NCBI GenBank assembly: GCA_900316035.1
Contig: ONBI01000010.1
Span: 9,683 to 73,682, forward strand
From: an uncultured Eubacteriales bacterium
Lineage (GTDB): Bacteria; Bacillota_I; Bacilli_A; RFN20; CAG-288
DNA length: 64,000 bases
Direction of reading: 5' to 3'
In this document: positions 1 to 8,399 of the stretch, in pieces
Layout of the letters: each line of letters starts with the position of its first letter
Numbering within the stretch: position 1 is the stretch's first letter
Notes under the pieces: model-generated
Told to the model about the DNA's origin: nothing
The model's database searches: none
Seen by the model: only the letters and a program-made list of their open reading frames with translations
Translations under genes and position numbers: made by a program

Positions 1-1705
1 CAACCGAAAGAATCATCGAGGAGTTGTACCATCCGCGATACTGGTCATTCCCTTCAAAATAGATATCGGCAGGGAACGGATGCTTCAAAGCGATATCGCT
101 TCCTAAGAAAGAAGAGCCGGAATCGAACCAGACATCCATGATGTCCTTCTCCTTAGTGAAAAGACCATGCGGAGAATGCGGATTCGTGTAACCTTCCGGA
201 AGCAGATCCTTAGCCTCTTTTTCATACCAGATATCCGAACCGTTCTCATCGACTAACGCGATGATGTGGTCAAAGACCGCTTTATCTAAAATCGGTTCTC
301 CGTCTTCGCCGTAGAAGATCGGAATCGGAACACCCCAAAGACGCTGACGGGAGATGCACCAGTCATCACGTCCGACAAGCATGTTGATGAATCTCTGTTT
401 ACCCCAAGAAGGAATGTAGTTGACCTTGTCGGCTTCCTCGACAAGTTTATCCTTGATCTTGCTGACGGAGCAGAACCACTGATTCGTCGCACGGAAGATA
501 ACCGGTTTCTTGGTTCTCCAATCATGCGGATAGGCGTGGGTGATTTCTTCGGTGGCAAGAAGATTTCCCTTCTCCTTAAGAAGTTCGATCATCTTGAGAG
601 AGCAGTCCTCATAGAAAAGGCCATCGATTCCTTCACCGCAGTTGATCATGTAACCTTTCGAATCGACCGTGCAGACGATCGGAAGGCCGTATTTCTTGGC
701 AACGCGGTAATCGTCCGCACCATGGCCCGGGCCAAGGTGGACAATACCGGTACCGGAATCGGAAGTGACATAGTCATCGACACAGACAGGGACCGTGCGA
801 TCCTGAACCGGATGATGGGCTAAAACACCTTCGACATCTCTGCCGGTGAATTCCTTAAGAAGCTTCATCTCGCCAAAAGGAATCTTCTCCTTCAAAGCAG
901 GAGCAAGATCCTTCAGCATGACATAGTTTCCTTTTTCGGTCTGATAAAGGCCGTATACCATCTTCGGATTGAGGCAGAGGCCCTGGTTCGAAGGAATGGT
1001 CCAGCCGGTAGTCGTCCAGACTAAGAAGTTATCGCCTTCTTTGACGAAGTCGTTTCCTTTGACAACCGGGAAGCGGAAATAGATGGTCGTCGCTTTGACG
1101 TCCTTATATTCGACTTCGGCTTCCGCTAAAGCCGATTCACTCGACCAAGACCAGATGACAGGTTTGAGTCCTTTATAAATGAGTCCATCGAGAGCCATCT
1201 TTTCAAAGATGCGCATCTGATTGGCTTCGTAATGCTTATCGAGAGTGAGATAGGGATGCTCATAATCTCCTAAGACACCTAAACGGAGCATCTGGGAGCG
1301 CTGTTTATCGACCTGGGTAAGAGCATAGTCATGGCACTTCTTACGGAACTCGACTGCCGGAGTCGTCTTGCGGTCGACTCCCATCTTCGTAACGCAGTTT
1401 TCAATCGGTAAACCATGGGTATCCCAGCCCGGCGTATAAGGAACATAGTATCCCTCTAAGTTCTTGGAGCGGAGGATGATATCCTTGATGATCTTATTCA
1501 GAGCATGGCCGGCATGGATTTCATTGTTGGCATAAGGCGGGCCATCATGAAGGTAGAACGGGTCCTTGGTGTTATGAGCTTCTAAGAGCAATTCGTAAAG
1601 ATGCATGGAGTTCCATTCCTTTGCCATTTCCGGCTCCCAGGAAGGAAGATTTGCACGCATCGGGAACTTGCCTTTCGGCATGATCAACGTCTTTTTCAGT
1701 TCCAT
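1..1705 (-). CDS. ileS: Isoleucyl-tRNA synthetase, N-terminal ~568 codons (rest of gene lies beyond the window start)
   Basis: Absent from the ORF track because there is no stop in the window. My translation from ATG at 1705 reads MELKKTLIMPKGKFPMRANLPSWEPEM...GPPYANNEIHAGHALNKIIKD (class I HIGH region)...TPGWDTHGLPIE...DWCISRQRLWGVPIP and stays open to position 1. GGAGG lies 7 nt upstream. Confidence 0.9.
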   Translation of the reverse strand, partial: MELKKTLIMPKGKFPMRANLPSWEPEMAKEWNSMHLYELLLEAHNTKDPFYLHDGPPYANNEIHAGHALNKIIKDIILRSKNLEGYYVPYTPGWDTHGLPIENCVTKMGVDRKTTPAVEFRKKCHDYALTQVDKQRSQMLRLGVLGDYEHPYLTLDKHYEANQMRIFEKMALDGLIYKGLKPVIWSWSSESALAEAEVEYKDVKATTIYFRFPVVKGNDFVKEGDNFLVWTTTGWTIPSNQGLCLNPKMVYGLYQTEKGNYVMLKDLAPALKEKIPFGEMKLLKEFTGRDVEGVLAHHPVQDRTVPVCVDDYVTSDSGTGIVHLGPGHGADDYRVAKKYGLPIVCTVDSKGYMINCGEGIDGLFYEDCSLKMIELLKEKGNLLATEEITHAYPHDWRTKKPVIFRATNQWFCSVSKIKDKLVEEADKVNYIPSWGKQRFINMLVGRDDWCISRQRLWGVPIPIFYGEDGEPILDKAVFDHIIALVDENGSDIWYEKEAKDLLPEGYTNPHSPHGLFTKEKDIMDVWFDSGSSFLGSDIALKHPFPADIYFEGNDQYRGWYNSSMILSV

Positions 1706-1754
1706 AATTTGTCCTCCGAAAAAATATGTTTCCGCACGAAAACAAAGCCCTAGT

Positions 1755-1783
1755 AATATAGCATAAGAGAAAAGGAGTAACAA
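1755..1783 (-). promoter_or_regulatory. Candidate sigma-A promoter of ileS
   Basis: Minus strand reads TTGTTA-17 nt-TATATT. It leaves only a ~45-nt leader with GGAGG, so there is no room for a T-box. Confidence 0.5.
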
Positions 1784-1817
1784 TAAAGAGAAGAGGAGCA
1801 AAAGGGGCTTTTTGCCC

Positions 1818-1845
1818 TTGTTTCCTACTAAAAGCGTTCTATAAT
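1818..1845 (+). promoter_or_regulatory. Candidate promoter giving a leaderless mRNA for the RimK-like gene
   Basis: TTGTTT-16 nt-TATAAT, then 6 nt (ctagcc), then ATG at 1852. No Shine-Dalgarno. Confidence 0.5.
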
Positions 1846-1851
1846 CTAGCC

Positions 1852-2751
1852 ATGCTTCAAGGACTGATTATCGAAAACGGATACACCCGTAATCCCAATA
1901 TCGTTTATAAGGAAAAAAGACTCCAGGAAGAGTTTCTCTCTTTCGGGGTCAAGCTTGTCGTCAAAGACGCGTTGGATTTACTTGTTTCTTCAAACGGAGA
2001 AGAAAGCCTTTTTCAGGACCTTTCTTCGTATTCTTTTGCTATCGATCTAGATAAAGACCGCTATCTTGCCTATGCCCTTTCCAAACGTATGCCTCTTTTC
2101 AATTCCTATGAATCGATGATGCTTTCCGATGACAAGATGATGACTCTGTTAGCCTTAGAAAAGAGCGGTGTCAAAGCCCCGCTTTCCATCGCTGCTCCGC
2201 TCTGCTATCGGAAGAATCCGGATCAAGGAAAAGTCGAACAGTTCCTCCACGAAGTGGAAAGTGAACTCTCCTATCCTTTTGTCTATAAGGAATGCCACGG
2301 TTCCTTAGGTATGCAGGTCCGCCTGATCCATGATCATGAGGAGTTTGTCTCTACCTACTTAAGCAATATCACCGTTCCTCATCTCTATGAGGAGTTCTTA
2401 AAGAAACACGCTGGTCACGATTACCGTGTCATCGTCTGTGAGAACAAAGTAATCGCCGCGATGGAACGCATCAACGAAAAGGATTTCCGTTCCAATATCG
2501 CTTTAGGTGGAAGAGGAGTCGATGTCACCTCTACCTTAGGAAGGGAATTCCAAGAGATGGCTTTAAAAGCAAGCTCTGCCTTAGGTCTTGATTATGCCGG
2601 TATCGATATCGGTATGGATGAAAAAGGAGAACCCCGTTTCTTAGAAGCAAACGGAAACGCCTTCTTCACCGAGATCGAAGAAGTCTCCCATGTCAATATC
2701 GCCAGAGCTTTTGCTGAGATGGTTCTGCATAAACTTGCCGCCAAGAAATGA
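1852..2751 (+). CDS. RimK-family ATP-grasp ligase (alpha-L-glutamate ligase-like)
   Basis: 299 aa. ATP-grasp/RimK-like blocks: YPFVYKECHGSLGMQVRLI, DYRVIVCENKVIAAMERINEKDFRSNIALGGRG, LGLDYAGIDIGMDEKGEPRFLEANGN. Confidence 0.75.
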   Translation: MLQGLIIENGYTRNPNIVYKEKRLQEEFLSFGVKLVVKDALDLLVSSNGEESLFQDLSSYSFAIDLDKDRYLAYALSKRMPLFNSYESMMLSDDKMMTLLALEKSGVKAPLSIAAPLCYRKNPDQGKVEQFLHEVESELSYPFVYKECHGSLGMQVRLIHDHEEFVSTYLSNITVPHLYEEFLKKHAGHDYRVIVCENKVIAAMERINEKDFRSNIALGGRGVDVTSTLGREFQEMALKASSALGLDYAGIDIGMDEKGEPRFLEANGNAFFTEIEEVSHVNIARAFAEMVLHKLAAKK

Positions 2752-2820
2752 AGATTTCCTCTATTACCGGAAAATAAGAAACATTTAAAAAGTGGTAATA
2801 GAACTGGATAATAGATAAGC

Positions 2821-2860
2821 AAAACAGGTCTGCCCCCGCAAAGGTCAGACCTGTTTTTTA
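2821..2860. terminator. Bidirectional rho-independent terminator between convergent RimK-like gene and potD
   Basis: AAAACAGGTCTG-loop-CAGACCTGTTTTTT: a 9-bp perfect stem flanked by an A-run and a T-run. Confidence 0.75.
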
Positions 2861-2881
2861 TTGTTTTACAGAAGTTGTTTC

Positions 2882-4597
2882 TTAAGCAGCTTTCTTCTGT
2901 TGTTCCTGTTTTTTCAGCTGCTGAATCTTTAGCTTTCTAGCTTCTTCTCTAGCCTGTTTACGATCCTTACGTCTCTTCTTGACCGCATGACGGGAGACCT
3001 GAAGAAGAAGGAAAAGAACAAGAATCAGAACCAGAATTCCGAGGATGAAGTAATACGCCCAAGTCGGAAGAGAAGTGTTCTTCACCGATTCCCACATCAA
3101 TAGCATCGAAGCGTTCTGGCTTCCGAAATCCGCCATGATGGTAAGATGCGGAAGCAAGCTTTCATCCGGATACTGGGTATCGAACTGTTTGTTGCGGCTA
3201 TCCAAAGGGAGAATGAAGTGAGCTGCCGAATCATCCAGCTCGTCTAACGTTCCTTTGAAGAAATAGGAGATATCCTTCGTGTAATATTCGTCAGCGAAGC
3301 CCTCGTCTTCCGGAGTGATAGAAGAGTAATCCATCTCTTCCTTTTCTTCGTCGTAACGGGCATCGTACCAAGACTGAACAAGTTCCAGAATTTCATCGCC
3401 GGCGATCACCGGAGTATAACCGATATACTCCATGTTCTCGGCCGCATATTTCGGCGTGGAGAGGAAATCGACGAAACGGGAGGCCCAGAGCTTATTGGCG
3501 CCTTTGGGCATGACCCAGGCATCGAACCAGATGTTGGCTCCGGTCTCCGGAAGGGCGTAACGTAAATCGACAAGATCCTTATTCTCGGTATCGACTTTCT
3601 CGCCATCGATCGTACCCGAAGCATTGTACTCATCGGCCTGATCCATCGCATAGGCGGCATCGCCGGACCAAGCGACATTGATAGCGAACTTATCACCTTT
3701 GATCATATCGACCTTACCGGAATCGACTTCGAAACCGAAAGCGTTATCCCGCAGTTCTCTTAGCTTGGCGCCGACGACATTGAGAGTATCGTCGTCGCAG
3801 AAATTGAAGATGGTCGTAATCTCTTGGTTGTATTCCGCTTCGCTGATTGTCCCATCTTCGTATTCCTTCTTAAGGGTGGCAAAACCTTTATAGGATTTTC
3901 CCTCCAGAGTGAAATCGTCTCTATAGGTTTCGAAGATACCGACCGCATAAGTATCACGGACCGAATCCTTGATGGAGAGAAGATTCTTATACTTCGGATC
4001 CCATAAGGAATCCCAGGAAGTCATATCCTCTTCCATCTCTTCCGAAGTGATACCGCGCTTCTCCAGCCCCTTGAAGGAATCGTTATAGAGGATGCCTAAG
4101 GTTCCCCACATATAACCGCGGGCATACTTTCCGACGATACCCTGTTCTCCGTTGACGGAGATCGAATCAATCTTCTCGTTGACGAAAGGAGAGACGTACT
4201 TGTCATAGTTCGGCGTGGAATCGTCATCGAAGGGGATGATCATATCTTCGTTGATCATCTTCTGAACGACATAGTCGGAGCAGTTGATGAGGTCGTAATC
4301 CGCTTTTCCGGTCTTCAGTTCGGAAAGCATCGTCTCATTGGTATCAAAGGTGGAATAGTTGATATGGACTTTCTGATGATAGGTCTCTTCGCAATAGTCT
4401 TCGAACTGATGGACTAAGCCTTTATCGGATTCGTCATTGATTTCATCGCTATCCTCTTTGATGTAATCGGCGGAATTATAGACGTTGAGAACAATCTCAT
4501 CCGAAGAAGAGGCCGTTGTTTCGGAGCAGGAAGGAAGAACAAGGGTGGTAAGCAGAAGCAATGCTCCGGAAAGGGAAGAAAAACGTTTTTTATTCAT
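2882..4597 (-). CDS. potD: Spermidine/putrescine ABC transporter substrate-binding lipoprotein, enlarged, with extra C-terminal TM anchor
   Basis: 571 aa. Signal peptide plus lipobox LVLPSC. PotD-like blocks: YSTFDTNETMLSELKTGKADYDLINCSDYVVQKM, WDSLWDPKYKN, IWFDAWVMPKGA. C-terminus is WAYYFILGILVLILVLFLLLQV followed by a Lys/Arg-rich tail. Last gene of the pot operon. Confidence 0.85.
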   Translation of the reverse strand: MNKKRFSSLSGALLLLTTLVLPSCSETTASSSDEIVLNVYNSADYIKEDSDEINDESDKGLVHQFEDYCEETYHQKVHINYSTFDTNETMLSELKTGKADYDLINCSDYVVQKMINEDMIIPFDDDSTPNYDKYVSPFVNEKIDSISVNGEQGIVGKYARGYMWGTLGILYNDSFKGLEKRGITSEEMEEDMTSWDSLWDPKYKNLLSIKDSVRDTYAVGIFETYRDDFTLEGKSYKGFATLKKEYEDGTISEAEYNQEITTIFNFCDDDTLNVVGAKLRELRDNAFGFEVDSGKVDMIKGDKFAINVAWSGDAAYAMDQADEYNASGTIDGEKVDTENKDLVDLRYALPETGANIWFDAWVMPKGANKLWASRFVDFLSTPKYAAENMEYIGYTPVIAGDEILELVQSWYDARYDEEKEEMDYSSITPEDEGFADEYYTKDISYFFKGTLDELDDSAAHFILPLDSRNKQFDTQYPDESLLPHLTIMADFGSQNASMLLMWESVKNTSLPTWAYYFILGILVLILVLFLLLQVSRHAVKKRRKDRKQAREEARKLKIQQLKKQEQQKKAA

Positions 4598-5485
4598 TTA
4601 GCGATCCTCCCGAGCCGCAAAAGCAGCTCTTCTACGGGCATGCTGACCGGCATCTCCGCGTTTGATTTTTTTGGCATCGCGGTTGACCTTGATGGAATAG
4701 AAAACAACAACAAGGAGAACGACTAAGAAGATGATGGTGGTAAGAGCTCTTAATTCCGGCGGTAGAGCGCCTTTCTTGATCTTGGTCTGAACTAAGGTCG
4801 AAAGGGTTTCAATCTGCGACTGTCCGGAAAGGAGTCCCGGGCCACGGGTGAAAGCCGTGACGATGAAGTCATCCAGCGAAAGCGTGAAGGAAAGAAGAAG
4901 GCCGGAGAAGATACCAGGGACGATCTGCGGAAGAATGACGCGGTGAAGAGCCTTGGTCGGGCTGGCACCTAAATCGAGAGCGGCTTCATAAAGAGCCGGA
5001 TCCATCTGAGTGAGTTTCGGTTTGACGTTGAGATAGACAAACGGAATCCCTAAGCAGCAATGGCCGACAAGAAGCGTCCAGAAGCTGAAAATAGAAGATC
5101 CGCCGAAGAAATGTTGCCCCATAAAGACGAACATGACGGTCAAGGACATCGCGATGACGATTTCGGCATTGACGACCGGAATCTGGTTGATGTTCTCGAC
5201 AAGAGTGCGGAAACCTTTCTTGGAATAGAAAAGACCGATGGCACCAAGAGTACCGACTAACGTCGAAACCGCAGCCGAGATAGCCGCTAGAATCAGCGTA
5301 TTTCCTAACGCCGTCATCGTCTCGGTGTTGGTGAAAAGATCGTGATAGAGTTCAAAGGAGAAACCCGTCCAGACACCTAACGTCTCACTGGTTGTAAAAG
5401 AATAGACGATGAGGTAGAAGACCGGAAGATAAAGGAATAAGAGGATGAGATAGATGTAGCAATACGATAAAACCTTTTTTACCAT
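4598..5485 (-). CDS. potC: Spermidine/putrescine ABC transporter permease
   Basis: 295 aa and multi-TM. EAA-type loop YEAALDLGASPTKALHRVILPQI. Abuts potD and overlaps potB by 7 nt. Confidence 0.85.
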   Translation of the reverse strand: MVKKVLSYCYIYLILLFLYLPVFYLIVYSFTTSETLGVWTGFSFELYHDLFTNTETMTALGNTLILAAISAAVSTLVGTLGAIGLFYSKKGFRTLVENINQIPVVNAEIVIAMSLTVMFVFMGQHFFGGSSIFSFWTLLVGHCCLGIPFVYLNVKPKLTQMDPALYEAALDLGASPTKALHRVILPQIVPGIFSGLLLSFTLSLDDFIVTAFTRGPGLLSGQSQIETLSTLVQTKIKKGALPPELRALTTIIFLVVLLVVVFYSIKVNRDAKKIKRGDAGQHARRRAAFAAREDR

Positions 5486-6357
5486 GCTCCGACTCCTCTC
5501 CCATTATCGCTGCGGTCGAACTTACGGGTAGCGAACATAACCGCAAAGATGATGATCAGCATAATCAGCGACATGAAGGAACCGCCGTTCCAATCGGAAT
5601 AGGAGAAGGAGAGATAGATGGAGTTACCGAAGAGCATGATTTTGCCTTCGCTGAGGGTATCGGTGATGACGTAGGAGGAGATGGTCGGCATGAAGACCAT
5701 CATACTGGCGGAAACAAGTCCCGGCATCGCCTGCGGAATGATGTTGCGGGTGAACGTATAGAACGGATTGCAACCTAAGTCTTTTGCCGCTTCGATCTGC
5801 GAACGGTCCAATTTGAGCATCGTGGAATAAAGCGGTAAGACCGTGAAGGGGATATAGTTGACGACAAGACCGATCATCGTGCAGAGAAGCGGATGTTCGG
5901 CCGTGGTCGAACCGACCCAACCTAACATAATGGTAAGTAAGTCACGTAAGGCACCGGTACGGAGAACGAAGTTGATCCACATCGGCATGACGAAGAGCAT
6001 GACGAGAACATAGTTTTTATTGATCTTCGGATTGGCAAGAAGATAGGCAAGTGGGAAAGTGATAAGCAGGCAGAGGAAGGTGTTGAAGATACCGATGAGA
6101 ACCGAGATCAGGAGAACATTGAGTTTGACGGTATTGGTGAAGAAATCGACGAAGGCCTGACCGGTGAAGTTGCCGTTAGCATCCGTAAAAGCATAGTAGA
6201 TGATGAAGAGAATCGGAATCAGAACAAAAAGAATAAGGAATAAAACGAACGGAAGCGAAAGCGATTTGATGAAAGTGCGGGCGTTCGGTCCGTGATGAAC
6301 GTGCTCCGGACGCGAAGGTTTGACCGCAGGAGTTTTTTCCTCAGCGCTCATAGTCAT
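5479..6357 (-). CDS. potB: Spermidine/putrescine ABC transporter permease
   Basis: 292 aa and multi-TM. EAA-type loop IEAAKDLGCNPFYTFTRNIIPQAMPG. AAGGGAGA SD. Overlaps the potA end by 17 nt. Confidence 0.85.
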   Translation of the reverse strand: MTMSAEEKTPAVKPSRPEHVHHGPNARTFIKSLSLPFVLFLILFVLIPILFIIYYAFTDANGNFTGQAFVDFFTNTVKLNVLLISVLIGIFNTFLCLLITFPLAYLLANPKINKNYVLVMLFVMPMWINFVLRTGALRDLLTIMLGWVGSTTAEHPLLCTMIGLVVNYIPFTVLPLYSTMLKLDRSQIEAAKDLGCNPFYTFTRNIIPQAMPGLVSASMMVFMPTISSYVITDTLSEGKIMLFGNSIYLSFSYSDWNGGSFMSLIMLIIIFAVMFATRKFDRSDNGRGVGAW

Positions 6358-8035
6358 CGATTTCTCCCTTCAGACGCATCTGGATGTTCTCCTTGGCGAT
6401 CTTGAGACCAACGATATCGTCCGGGTTATAGGTATCCGGCGTCGAGACAAGGAAATCTTCCTCATCTTCAGAGCGGACGAGAATGATGTAATGGTCACCT
6501 TTCCAGACGGAATTGATAACCATACCGGTGATATTGGCCTCGCTGGTGTCATCGCTGATTTCGACCTTGGTCGGATCGACCGTGACGACAACATCGGCAT
6601 CCGCAAAGTCGTAGGTCTTGTTGTCGAAATGGACAAGTCCGTCTTCATCGGCCTTGGAGCCGTTGATGAGTTTCGAAAGGTCGCAGGCAAACGGCTGATC
6701 ATCGATATAGACCATATGGTCTTTTCCGATATAGGAATCGGTATAGATATTGATATCCTCTTTCTTATGCATGAGGTGGATACCATCGGGAAGGATCGAA
6801 AGATAGATCGGAGCCGAAGCATCGTAGTTATCGATTGACTGAGCTAAGACTTCATCATGGCCGACCATGATGACGTACTGATAATGGATACCTTTGAAGA
6901 CTTTGGCCGTGATTTTACCCTGAATATAACCATCCTTCGGCGTCGCAGAAAGCTTGATATCTTCCGGACGGACGACGACGTCGACTCTTTCGTTCTTATC
7001 GAAATCATCGACACAGGCAAAGGTCGTGTTGAGGAAGCGGACCTTGAGATCACCGAGATAGGTGCCATTATAGATGTTCGAGGAACCGATGAAGTCGGCA
7101 ACGAAGGCGTTGACCGGCTCGTTATAAATGGATTCCGGAGAACCGACCTGCTGGATGACGCCGTTATTCATGACGACGATTGTATCCGACATGGTCAGAG
7201 CTTCTTCCTGATCGTGGGTGACATAGATGAAGGTGATACCAAGACGCTTGTGCATTTCCTTCAGTTCAATCTGCATATCCTTACGCATCTTTAAGTCAAG
7301 AGCACCTAAAGGTTCATCGAGAAGCAGAATCTGCGGTTCGCAGATGATGGCTCGGGCGATAGCGACTCTCTGTTGCTGACCGCCGGAAAGAGTTCCGATA
7401 TCACGGTCCTCGAGTTCATCGAGGTCGACGATGGAAAGGGCGTGGACGACCTTGTCATCGATTTCCTCTTCGCTGAGGTGCTTGTATTTATAGGCCTGAA
7501 CCGGATGGGATAAAGTATCCTCGAGCTTGGCTTCTAAATCCGCTAGACGTTTGCTTTTTTCTTCTTCGGAGATGATTTTATCTTCGCGGATACGTTTGAT
7601 CTGGCTCTTGAGATATTTGACTTGACCTTTATCGACACGGAGAATGGGATTGCCGTCTTTGTCTTTGAGAGCAATCGGAATCTTTTTGTTCTTCAGACCG
7701 AAAGCGACGTTATCGTAAACATCGAGATTCGGGAAAAGAGCATAGTGCTGGAAGACCGTGTTGATCGGACGCTTATAAGGAGGGACCGGAACGATATCAC
7801 GCCCATTGAGAAGAATATCGCCCGAGGAGACGGTCTCAAAACCGGCGATCATACGTAAGGTCGTTGATTTACCGCATCCCGAAGGCCCGAGTATCGTAAC
7901 AAACTCACCTTTGCGGATAGAAAGATTCATATCGTCGACGGCGATTGTGTCATCGTCGTAGACTTTGGTGACGTGCTTCAGCTGAATGATGTAATCGTCA
8001 GCCTTAGCGGAAGAGAGAGTATCTACGGTTCTCAT
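6341..8035 (-). CDS. potA: Spermidine/putrescine ABC transporter ATPase, enlarged (helical-domain insertion plus duplicated C-terminal TOBE-like domain)
   Basis: Walker A GPSGCGKST, Q-loop VFQHYALFP, signature LSGGQQQR, Walker B ILLLDEP, H-loop YVTHD. Start moved to ATG 8035, which is 9 nt from GGGGG. The track TTG at 8044 abuts the SD. Confidence 0.85.
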   Translation of the reverse strand: MRTVDTLSSAKADDYIIQLKHVTKVYDDDTIAVDDMNLSIRKGEFVTILGPSGCGKSTTLRMIAGFETVSSGDILLNGRDIVPVPPYKRPINTVFQHYALFPNLDVYDNVAFGLKNKKIPIALKDKDGNPILRVDKGQVKYLKSQIKRIREDKIISEEEKSKRLADLEAKLEDTLSHPVQAYKYKHLSEEEIDDKVVHALSIVDLDELEDRDIGTLSGGQQQRVAIARAIICEPQILLLDEPLGALDLKMRKDMQIELKEMHKRLGITFIYVTHDQEEALTMSDTIVVMNNGVIQQVGSPESIYNEPVNAFVADFIGSSNIYNGTYLGDLKVRFLNTTFACVDDFDKNERVDVVVRPEDIKLSATPKDGYIQGKITAKVFKGIHYQYVIMVGHDEVLAQSIDNYDASAPIYLSILPDGIHLMHKKEDINIYTDSYIGKDHMVYIDDQPFACDLSKLINGSKADEDGLVHFDNKTYDFADADVVVTVDPTKVEISDDTSEANITGMVINSVWKGDHYIILVRSEDEEDFLVSTPDTYNPDDIVGLKIAKENIQMRLKGEIDDYER

Positions 8036-8399
8036 ATAATCCAACCCCCTTGTTTTTTACAAGAGAAAAATATATCGGAATCGGGTCTAAAAAACAATGT
8101 TTTTTCACTTAAAAATTTTCAGGTGGAATTCGGCAGTGGAAAAAGTGTCGCTAAAATGAAAATGCAAAAAAGGGAAAACTATATACGAATATTGTCAATT
8201 CCACTATTTCTTCTGTTCTGTCAACTTTTTGCTTTTAAATAAAGTTTGCACTTTGTTTTCCTTTGTGTTTTCAGCGCTGTTTTTGACAGATTTTCAGGCT
8301 TGAAAAACCAGGCAGAAAAACAAAGCTTTCGGCAATCGCCTTTTTGTACCGATTCTAAAGCCTGTTTTATGGTATATTCTTTCCGTTCGGGAGGCGAAT

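Noticed and set aside
1706-1851. I looked for a T-box leader upstream of ileS, and also upstream of argS at 58748-58761.
   Set aside because: Only ~45 nt separate the predicted ileS promoter from the ATG, and argS is internal to an operon. There is no space for a ~200-nt T-box and no specifier or antiterminator pattern.
6320-7294. Long alternative-frame and antisense ORFs inside potA (6320-6838 +, 6370-6822 -, 6844-7101 -, 6857-7294 +).
   Set aside because: They lie wholly inside a gene with complete ABC motifs. Their translations are low-complexity (Ile/Asp/Arg or Ser/Arg/Pro-rich) and have no SD or promoter. These are typical shadow ORFs of GAx/GAT-rich coding sequence.
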